NCBI RefSeq assembly: GCF_000181795.1
Contig: NW_003526945.1
Span: 535,492-599,491, forward strand
Reading direction: 5' to 3'
DNA: 64,000 bases
Origin: Trichinella spiralis
Lineage: Eukaryota
The notes beneath the pieces were generated by a model. That model did no database searches. It saw only the letters and a program-made list of their open reading frames with translations, and was not told where the DNA came from. The translations under genes and the position numbers were made by a program. The first letter of the stretch is position 1. Every line of letters starts with the position of its first letter. Positions 12,605 through 23,778 of the stretch are shown in pieces.

Positions 12605-15600
12605 NNNNNNNNNNGAACAATTTACANGGCAAAACCATTGCTTATGGTCATATTGAAAGTGCATGTTAGCTACTGCAAAGGGTGATTTTCAAAATATCAT
12701 ACTTTAATAACAGATAAACAATGCGTACAGGGTGTATTTCATCAAACTTNAATTGTCGGCTAATTTGGCGTTTATTAAGTCNACCTNCTCATCTCATGTT
12801 GTAAATTTTTCATAGAGAATATATTGAGAAATTATGCTCAATATCGATTCTCAACTGCATTGTTTATTGATTATGACTTAAACATGATAAAAACTGCCAC
12901 TTACTGCTAAATGCGCCATCTTCTCATTGTTCATGTTCATGCTCTTTCGGTGTTGAATAAAAATCTATTTTTCAGAAATTATTCCAAAAAATAATAATAA
13001 ATAAAAAGCAAAAATAGTGTTTGGCTTCAATGTTTGTCTTCAATCAATTTTCCAATCAAAACGCTGAGCTACCATCCACGGACGGCCTCAAATTGAAATG
13101 ATTTCTATTATGTCAACAAAGCCAACGACCTCGCATGCAAATTTTTATTTTATTCATTTCTACTGATAAATATGGCTACTGTAGATTTTTCATTGCTCTT
13201 TATTTACTTAATGCACTCTGTTTGAGGAGAAAATTTTATTGAAGCTTTGCCAAACATATAAACACTTCTCATTACACAATGACCCTGTCCATTGTGTATG
13301 TTTGGTGGACGCTGCTCCAAATGAATTTGTATGTATCTGTGGTGATGCAGGTATTAGAATTCATTTTGACGTAGTGACTAATATGGTAGTTTGTTTGATA
13401 GCGGGGTACAGAAATAACGCATTATAAATAACAGAAAGCCAAAATACTTGTAAAATATTAATTTATTATGCTTTCGTCTTTCAAATTGTAGTTTTATATT
13501 GAGTCCCATCTAAATTGTACCTGAATAATCTATTTCCTACAGCAACCAATTTCTGTTTTAAAGCTTGAGTCTTATTTGCATTGGAATTTTAATTACAAAG
13601 TTTTAGCATTTGGGCTGTAATTATAAGCCAATTTTTTAGCTTTTTAGCCAACTCTTTTTATTCTTTATTAATATAGCATGAAAGTAATTCAGGTACTATG
13701 TGAAGATTAATCGTTGTATGTTATTTTTTGAGAATGTGTAGTTTTGAAATTAATTCATAATGGGATTGATGCTCAGCTGTTCATTACTCATTCAGTGTTG
13801 ATCAGAATCTGTAAATTCTAGAATGCTAAATAATAAATGAATAAACATCTGGCAATCATTGTATCAGCGGTTGAAATGTTCTCATTTAATTGTTCGACAA
13901 ATGGTAATAAATGCCTTCAAGATTATTCCTTGTTTTCAAGTTTGATAGAACTTGATGCGAACAAAACTTTCCATGTTCGTCCCATGATTTTCACATTCGT
14001 GAACTGTATTTATTCCTCGCGGCAACTCAATCTTGGATAAGTTACTGCGCTGTAAATTATCAAACTTACGAAAAACAAAATTATCGATTCATTTACTAAA
14101 ACCTTTATTTCGACAGAGGATATAGTATACAGAAATCTGAAGTGCGCCACGCACGCTATGGATTATACAACAAGCAGCGCTCACACGCGCCACGACACCA
14201 CATTGCACTAACAGCAACAATAAAGGTGAGTTCATGCACACCGCTACATACATATAAATATACAATGCCACGCTCAGGTTGACGAGAACATCAGGCGTTT
14301 TATAACATCGCAGCCGGTTACCATCTGCATCGAACTCTTGTCGTTTCGTCAAGAACACAGCTTTATAGTACTCGTTAATACATTTTGCCTAGTTCAAATT
14401 TTCAATTTTAGATTTATCACTTATGAACGGTTATCATATTTTAATCAGTTATCAAGCCAATAATCATATCTCATTATCAGATGTCATAATAATAACTTCT
14501 CACACATCTGAGGCAGGCAAGGCAATAAAGTCTCAAGCATCTACTCTACGCGGAGAGTCAGCTTTCCCCACTTCTGTCTTCAGATGCATGCTCACCATAA
14601 GCCCAATGATCAAAAGAAGAGCCGGCACTCTCTTATGTAAACGAAGAGAACTCCCTGCTACATGGTATGATGCTTTTTGATTTCTCCATACTATATCTGC
14701 TTTAATTTTAGGTCCTGCTCCAGGCATGTTTGCTATTTGCAACATCAGAGCCAAAACACTGCATTATTCAAATGACAATCATACAGCTCTGTCTTAAACA
14801 TAATTCTTAAACTATGAAAGAGCTTTTCCCTTTTCAAGTTCCTGCAACCTAGAATTATAGATTAGGGACTCATGGATAACACCTTTTGTCTGTAGATTTG
14901 CTTCATGTTGTCCACGTCTCCATTCTTCTATATATCTGTAGAAATCACAAACATTAAAACAAAAGTTCATCATACATGCACATCCATCATCATGCATGCA
15001 CTAGTACTTACAAATAGTGTGCGAAATTAAAGATGCAGTGTAGCTAGCATAATAACTTTATAGAAGTTTTTATTCGTAAGTAAGATTTAGTTTTCCATAA
15101 CTAAACTTTTTATTAAATTATCCATATCTCGCAAGAAAATTACGTAATGAGATTTTTCAAATTAGCGAAAACTACATTATAAAGTAATCATTTTTATAAA
15201 AATTTAAAAACGAATCGGAAGGCTTCAAAAACAGTGTAGAATAATACAATAATAAGTTGTAATATTTTTCAAATTGCAAATTAATTCGACAAAATTATGT
15301 AATTTGAAATAAGAGGTTTACATAATGATTTGAAAAAAATAAGCACAGAAACAAATAAGCGTAATTAGCATATGTATGTATATTGTTCAAAGGTAAGGTT
15401 ACGTTATATTCATTTCGTCATATTTTCCATATTTTCAATCAATTACGATCTAATCATAAAAATGCAACTCACCAAACTTAAATTTGCTTCATAATTTTGG
15501 ACCATCTTGTTTTTCTGAAGTTCGATATTGCGATGAATCACTTTCCTCAAATAAAAATTAAATAAACGAAAAATAGTAATCTCTATCATGGATGTATGAC

Positions 15601-17071
15601 CGTTTTTATAGTGGAAAGGCACGCCGTTAGCCTACAATTCGCCCCAGATGAAGCTCACTAAGTGAATGTTATCTGCTTCTACTGTAAGCCACGTCAGCAA
15701 AGCAAACGCGCTCAGTTAATGAAATATTAATTCGCATATTTGATAAGTAATCTTCGCGTAGCGTTATAGGACTTGGAATAAGACTGCACTAAACTTCAAT
15801 GCTAAATTACCGTTTTTATTGAAAATAATTTTCAACCTGCTCTTGATAATTTGACATTGAGTTTTCAAAATAGAATTGACCACAACCTAAAATATTATAA
15901 TATCTTACATTTATCCCCTTATGACGGGCTGCAGCAATTATTGAACAACTGAATAAAATAATTCTCAGGAAACGCTCTTTAACTAGATGTGAAATTTCAA
16001 AAATTGCACACACTGTATTACTTGGTTGTACATCAGTTATTAATTCAGTATGTATTTTCAGCTTTACTTTCATTCAGCTTTCAAAGTTACTCACAGAAAT
16101 GCAAGTTACTGATACAAATGTCATTTAGTTGTTGTGATCCATTATCTATTTGCTTATTTCTAATTTTTCAGTTCAAATTTTCATATGTTTTTTCAGAGAT
16201 TTTCAGTACCAAATATGCTTTTCCAAAGCTAAAACTTTTGACGTGGTCCGCTTAAAAAATTATTTCTAACGATGGAATGATTCTCATCCAATAAACTATA
16301 TATCATTGCATTGAGCAGAACGTCAGTTATTTAACAGCATGATACACTTGCATTTTTATTTTCCATTTAAATTACAATCTTTCCAAAGATGTTGATGAAA
16401 TGGTTTAACAATGAAGTATCACAAATGACTGAATTATCAGATTATAAGTAAAAATACTTGAAATATTGCCAACAATTTGTTCATTTATTGCTTCATTTAG
16501 TTCCTCAGATTGTTACGTCAAAACAATCGACTTTGTCAAAAAAAAATAGTGCAGCAAATTGCAATATTTGGCAACAAAATAAGTTAAATGTTCATCATAA
16601 GCATGCTCTTGTTTGTCGTAGATGGATTTCCAAACATATATATTCGAAAAAATTATCAACATAAAAGTGTTTATTTCGAAGGAATACTGTAATATATGGA
16701 ACGCCTCATAAATTGTCAGATAAATTTGATGCTGCTTATTTCCGAAAAAATTATACATCATCGTGTAACGACCATTATGAATGCTGATGATTTGCATAAT
16801 ATAATTAAATGATCACAAATATGCCATGAATAAAGAAAACCAGCATAAATGTGAACATAACAGCATTTCTCATGACCAAATTTACCATGAATATATAGCA
16901 ATATTTTAAGTTTTATTTCCCGCTGAACATTTAGTGTTAAAAATTATTTAATTCGACTTTGAACAAAATAAGTATTGATCTTTGTTTAATTTCACTTTAA
17001 ACAAAATAAGTATTTATCTTTGTTTAAACTTTAAACAAAACGTGTTTGTTTGAAACTTTAAAATACAATGG

Positions 17072-17099
17072 TATATATATAAAGTGGAGAAATTCAGTT
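17072..17099 (+). promoter_or_regulatory. Candidate TATA box and initiator for the POU-specific-domain gene
   Basis: TATATATATAAA at 17072-17083 and TCAGTT at 17094-17099, followed by a GTAAGA...TTTCAG 5'UTR intron at 17139-17197. Confidence 0.5.
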
Positions 17100-17260
17100 T
17101 CAATTCATTCGTGTGTTCAAAGGTGTTCGAAGGACGTGGTAAGAATTGAATGCTCTCTCCCATGAATACATTCGCCTAAAATGTTTTCCAATTTCAGATC
17201 CAAAGAACTGTTGGCGCTGAAAAAAGAAGAATTCTACCGAAACTATTTGACTGTATTGGA

Positions 17261-17653
17261 ATGAAGCAAAACACCTCCATTATTAAAATTGAAAACATCC
17301 GATATATTCGGTGTGAAAATTACAACCGGCCGCCACTGATCAAGCCGCCTCGGCATAGAAGAACGAACGTTCCGGAATTTATTTTATCTCCTGAAGATGA
17401 AGAGATCATTGAGTTTGCAGAATTTTGTAGAAATCGCCGTGAAAGGCTTGGTTTGGACAGAGCAACACTCGCTACAATACTGAATCAGATGTTCGATCAC
17501 ATTACTTTCTCTCCAATAATTATCGCTCACTTTGAAAAAGGAATCGATTTTCCAAAAAAAATGTGGAATATGAAGTATTATTTTCAACGATGGATCGACA
17601 CATACAATGCAGTGTTCAACAAGCCGCCTGGATCAGAATCATTCAACGAATAA
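17261..17653 (+). CDS. 130-aa protein with a stand-alone POU-specific (lambda-repressor-like HTH) domain and no homeodomain
   Basis: EEIIEFAEFCRNRRERLGLDRATLATILNQMFDHITFSPIIIAHFEKGIDFPKKMWNMKYYFQRWI aligns by eye with the POU-S consensus ELEQFAK.FKQRRIKLG.TQ.DVG.A...LYG..FSQTTI.RFEAL.LS.KNMCKLKPLL.KWL. Intact ATG-TAA ORF, upstream intron, and AATAAA at ~17735. Confidence 0.8.
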   Translation: MKQNTSIIKIENIRYIRCENYNRPPLIKPPRHRRTNVPEFILSPEDEEIIEFAEFCRNRRERLGLDRATLATILNQMFDHITFSPIIIAHFEKGIDFPKKMWNMKYYFQRWIDTYNAVFNKPPGSESFNE

Positions 17654-18080
17654 TTTTCCCAGATAATTTGAAAAAGTAATATTGAAATGTACTTTGTAAA
17701 TTTTCATTTGTTCATAATTTTTCACTGGTCAAATAATAAATAAATTTAATGATAACTGTGACATGCAATTATACATTATATTATATTACATGATATCATA
17801 TTAATAAATTACATAAAAACAGGCGCACACACATACACATGCATAATTGCATACTTTCAAAAATTATGCACGTATGTATGTATTATTATTCTGTGTATTA
17901 TGCAACAAAACAATAAACAATTTAGGATGAAAACAAAAATGAATACTCGTAAATGATGACACACTGATGCAGTGCTTGAAGACTTAGAACGGTGTTCATT
18001 CACCTTCTCTTCTGCTCGGCTTAACTTTTCATGCATCACTTTGGCATAAAAACTGCTGCAGTTGCACACCGCCATGATAA

Positions 18081-21000
18081 TCAGACGACAAGTGAAGACA
18101 AAGCTCTTTCGTCGCGCTTTGAATCAAAATTCACTAAACGCTGTCCAAGCAAATATCTAAAATTTTAATACTTATAAAACCCAGCCTATCCTGATAGAAC
18201 AATAAGCAGACAAGTAAGTATGTAAAACTCACAAACCTTTCATTTCGAATTTTTCCCATCATTGCTTTAATTTTTTTAAATTGCCAGGCGAGGAACACGA
18301 AGAGCAAAAAAAATGAAAACATGCCTGGGTAAATTCGTTTTCCATATTGTAACTGATCTTCCGCATCGCAGCCTGAAAATATTACAAACGTTGGATGATT
18401 GGCAGAGAAAAATAACTCTCTTCCGGTTGTACCTAAAATAGGAAATATTGCATATACAATCGTATACGGTACAGCCAACAAATTCCCGAACAATAAAAAA
18501 AGAGGCAATACAGCGTTGGTCATAAATGCTTGCAAATCCATATTTCGAGGACCATCTCGGTATAACTGCAAAATTCAATATTTTTAAGCAATGTATTGTT
18601 TTGTTTTTAAAGTATAACAAAATCATGTACTGTTTCAAAAGCACGTCGCATTCTCCAGTTCGGACCGATTGTAACCATACAAACGCAAAATATTTTGCAA
18701 TAAAACGCACCAAGAAGCCAAATCTGTGGATAAAGTAAAAAGAAAAAACTGTCCGCAAAATACATCATTTTGATTCTGGCATACCATAAACAGGCAAGGC
18801 AAGGCAGTACCAAATCTGGGTACCCGAAGTGGAGCAACAATCATTAATTCAACCAAAAAACCAAACATAAACGCCACCAATCCAAAATAAGAAATCACGG
18901 CCACTACAAAACGCAGCCAATTGATGAGAACCTGCAAAAGAAATGCCATAAAATTAAATTATAATTGAATAAGTAAGTGTTAATTTCTTACAGTACTAAG
19001 CCATGCCTTTGCATCATCAGCAAGCATTTTAAAATCCCGTGGTATATAACTGAATGACACCGTAAACAGGCGAATCAACATGCAACAAATGTACAAACCG
19101 CAGCTCAAAGTATACAGCTCATAGTGACTGTCCGTTCCAGTGATGCAATGCATCAATTTTCGACCAATAGTCACTAAAATACACCTGATGCAGACAAAAG
19201 AAACCAACCCTTTAAAATGTTCACATTATACCTGGAACTGTCAGTGCAATCAAACTGAAAGTGATGGAAGAAACGCAAATAACTAACAGCAGTGCAATGA
19301 TCTAAAAATTATAATAATTATCATCTGAAATTTTTCTATTGACTCGGTTATTAAGCGCGCAAAAACAGATACTCGAAAGAAAAAATAAGGCGGCTTCACA
19401 TATGGCTGGTGCTGAGTAGATGATCGACCACCAATAAGAAGCATGTGATGCGCTGCACCCAGATTTCGATCCAAATCTTCTTCTAGAACTCCAAACTCTG
19501 CGGCCAAAAGGTGTCTTCCACGATCGTTTTGCTGCTCTCTCGGCACTGCCCCGTTGTTCTAAGTTCAACAATTCGTACATCACCATATTTATACTGCAAA
19601 TTTTGCATCTCACCTCACGTGATAAAAGATAATCCGTCAAACCTAGCAGTTTGCCGACTACTTTGCACCAACGAAAAATGAGCACTTTCAAAATTTGCCT
19701 TGTGTGGCTTTGTTCCAATAAAGTAGGTAAAATTACTTGAAGCAACAACAGTTCAAAAAACAACGACAAGAACGGCAAATCACTGAAAATGAATATATGC
19801 AAACTTTTTACCAGCACTTTCATATTCATAAAATGCGTTATGATGCATACATGTAGACGCAGATCAACATAAAAGTAATTAAACATCATAATGCTTCAAA
19901 TAATAATCATTTTCAAAATTAAAGACAATCTTAAAGGTTTATACGACAAGAATTACAGTATGAAAAATTTATATTATTTGGCATTCAAAAACTATTATAA
20001 CTCTTAAAAAACTTAAATAATATTCCTTTAACATTACAGTATGAAAATAATAAAAGTAATGAATTCAAGTTCATATAATCAGAAATGTTTTGAAAAATAT
20101 TAAAAGATGGTGAAAGACTAAATATTTCGGTAATACCCTTTTAAATAATTCCATGTAACTATTACTGAAAATCACACGCTAGAAAATACACATAATCGAA
20201 ATGTTATATAAATTAAAAATATCATTTGAATGCGGATAAGGGTCAGTAAAAATGCATTACCTCCTATTTGAACCTCGATAGGGAAGTGTGGAGGGCATAA
20301 ATCGAAGAATAATTCGAAATGGACAGTAAACGCAAATCAGTATAGTCAACGCAAATACCAGCTGAAATGTTAAAAAAAGCATCACTAAATAAAACTTCTA
20401 CAGTGAAAAGTAATACAATAAATCGACATACCACCGAAGCAAGAAATCGACGCACATGTCGAATCACTGGATATTGCACCATCTATAATAAAAAATCAGC
20501 TTAAAATAGACAAAAATTTTCAAACAAAACAAAAAGAATACTTCTTGTATTGGATTAAAATCGGGATCGTTGACGTTGCGCAAAAACCAAAGAACACCAG
20601 GCCGCATTACTTCTCGCAGTATTAAAATGAATGATGCAAAATAAAAAACGTAAACCATGCCGACTAACCAATGAACAAACAGTGAAAGTTCTGGTGCATC
20701 ATAAAACCATTTTAGTCGACTCTCGGGAGTCTCCGCAAATAATGGCTTAAAAATATTTAAACATAAAAAATATTCCACTGAAATTTTACGTCCATATTTA
20801 ATGATGACTACTAACCAGAGAACACATGTCCAACCACCAGCCGCAAAACAACGGAAAAACACCAACTTCAATCAAAACAATTAAAACCACCTTTAGCATC
20901 AAATAACACATACCCAAGGTCCTGTGGAATCTGCAACAAAATACAAAATTAGTTAAAAAAATTTCTTTCAAATGTAAAACTGTAGCATACCTAACCAATC

Positions 21001-22552
21001 TCAGTGCGCCGCACAAGGCATGACAAAGGAAAAGCAAAAAGCCCAAAATGAAATATCCAAGCACAGTGGTTATGAAGCCATCAAAATATGCGGCCTTCAT
21101 ATATTCGGTAATATTAAATGCACTTGAGAAAAAATAACCCACGTAAAAAGGCCACATTACTGAATCAACAATAAAAAAATAAAGTTAAATGCAACAAATT
21201 ACAGCATGACAAAAAGCGATTCAATCAAGCTAACCGAAGAGAAGAACGAACAACGTGTTCAGAGAAATAACCCAAAACACATGTTCTAAAAATACCAATG
21301 ACCCATCGAAACCAAAAAGTCTATCCCAAGTTAATTCTTCACCAGCTCGTTCCCATTCAAATAACTGCCAATTGTTTTCTTAAAATAAAAATTTGATCAT
21401 TACACTGATTCTGTTGAAACTAAATTTACAATTAAAAAATACCATTTTCTACACCAGCCTCTTCTTCTGCACCTTGCCCAGCAGCATCGCCAGCAATTTC
21501 ACCTGCGAATGGCTGGTTAGCGCGCATCTATAATTTTTTCGTTTCTTTTTGAAAAATTTAAATTTTTCAAGTAAAATACATTTTCAGCAGCTTCTTCTGG
21601 ATGAATTTCAACGGGCATCTGAAAACCGCCAATCAGAATTTGCTCTCTCAGCCAAATTAGCGAAATAAAAACACAAAGTGCTAGCATTATGGCCGTCAAG
21701 CCTTGGATGCAGTCAGCGTAAACATCTTGCCTGAAACAAAAATAATAATAATAATTAGTATTATTATTTGCTAAAAACAATTAAGTTAAATGTTTATAAT
21801 GTATAACTAATAAGCAAAACATCTTCGATTTTACTTACGCCTTAAACAAGTCCGCTGTAAAATCCCAAATCCAATACGATGGTCCTTTGAACAAGCTGCG
21901 ATTAATGCGACCTTAAAAATGCAAAAATAAATTTTAATATTAGCAGATAATAACAGCAATTTTGTCCTACATGAAGCTAGAGGAACAACGATTAACCAAG
22001 AAAACACAACTATAGAATAATGTATCCAGCAGCGCACAGCTTTTAATAATGAATAAGCCATTCCTGATGCAACTTCCCGGATTGGAAGAATTGTTGGCAT
22101 GTCGGGGTGGTACACTAGCAGAATAAAACAAGCACATTAGGAAAAGACTTAGTACTGCTGTCTGTTAAAAAAGCGTGCTGTATTGAACAAGCAGCACCAA
22201 ATACATCAATATTGTTCACATCGATTTTGATATCGCTAAAAATTACCTGGTGTAAACTTATACTGATGGTTACACAATTCACAAACGTCTTTTTTGCTGT
22301 ATTTTAACCACTCAGTTAAGCTACAATTAATTGAAATGCATAAAAGTTATATTCGTATATTTTATATACCATTCTTGATGAATGAATTTAATGCTTCCTG
22401 TACAAAGACATGGATAAAACAATGGCCTTTCACTGGTTGATTCCATTCGACACACGCGACACATTTCTGCAAAAAATTACTTTTGTTCGCCAAAGCATTT
22501 AAATAACTCTCAATAGAGTACCAAAATTATTTTCTTCGCTTAATTCAGTCAT
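18081..22552 (-). CDS. MARCHF6: E3 ubiquitin ligase MARCH6/TEB4/Doa10 (multi-exon)
   Basis: ATG at 22552. [37 protein letters not shown] / LTEWLKYSKKDVCELCNHQY. Also EELTWDRLFGFDGSLVFLEHVFW, EVGVFPLFCGWWLDMCS, HWLVGMVYVFYFASFILILREVMRPGVLWFLRNVNDPDFNPIQE and C-terminal IRNERYLLGQRLVNF. Stop at 18081. Confidence 0.96.
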
Positions 22553-23778
22553 TTTAATACTCTTTGATCGCACAATCGGACCAGTCTGACTAGCCATTCC
22601 AAAAAAAATTTACTCTGTTTGCACAGCTTAAAAATGAAATACAATGTTTATCCGTTGATAATACTAGCACAGAAATCTGCACTATGACAGAAAGAATTTG
22701 AAGCTGTATTTCCTTCATACTTCGTATTATGAAAATACTGCGTTATGAGATGAATTACTAAATTAAGACGCAAACACACTGACAAAAAAACATGCGACTG
22801 AACGAAATTACTAATACGAATAACAACATTACAGTATGAACGCATTAATTAAGTTCAATTTTTTCACTTTAACAAATAACATAATAATTAGCACAAAAGG
22901 CACTTGATAGTACAATGAAACTTCAACTAATCAAAATTTACGCTAAATTTTAGTAAAATTTCAAGATAATTTTCTATTATAACGTTAAAATTTTGCCCAT
23001 ATACTACTTGTCATAATAAATGCTATCGGCCAATAAACAAGATTATTCAACTGATTAGAACATCCTAGTGATTACATTTTAAATGCGAATTTTATTATTT
23101 CCCGTTTCTTCTGATGTAAATAAAATAGTATTTTTGTAGTATGTTCTTAAGTTTATTAAATTCAAAATACGCAATCAATTAGAAAAGCTTTAATTGCTAA
23201 TCTATCGTATTAAGTACCTGATTTTTCTCATTTAGTTTGCACGAATTCCATTTGCTTCATTTGATCGCACAATTCATTTTTGGACCTTTTATTAGTTAAA
23301 TTGTTACAAAATTCCATTAAAAAATTTTTGAATAATTTCATATTATGTACAGTTATTTTTAAATAACATTAATTTTCACAATGCAATAATATTTATAAAT
23401 GAAAGCAAATTAAAATGCTTTTCGTAACTCCACATTTTCAGGCATACTGTGTCTGTCATACGGTGTTTTGAATGATTTATTTTGATGTTTTCAACGATTT
23501 TCAAGCAGAACTGAGTAGTCGTTTAGAAGAAACAATCTCCATTCGAGATAGGATAGTTAGTTTGTTGGCTTTCTGTCTTTTTCTCGCAGTAAATGTAGCC
23601 ATTCCTTCTGCTCAGTTCTACAAACATTCAAAGCTGCTCGTTTCTAGCTATTGTTCTTCTGTTTGCGTCCCACTGCGCGTGCGCACCGGTTGTATCGACA
23701 GATTTGTAACTGAACGACAGAAAAGATTGCAACTGAATAACAATTTCTGCTTGATTAATAGCGATCAACTATACGAAA

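Noticed and set aside
14051..14359. Possible solo LTR (TGT...ACA, minus-strand AATAAA)
   Set aside because: The flanks TGCGC and GCTTT give no target-site duplication, and there is no PBS or PPT.
14533..14997. Exon-like minus-strand fragments (YIEEWRRGQHE...)
   Set aside because: Interrupted by stops with no recognisable family; at most an unassignable pseudogene.
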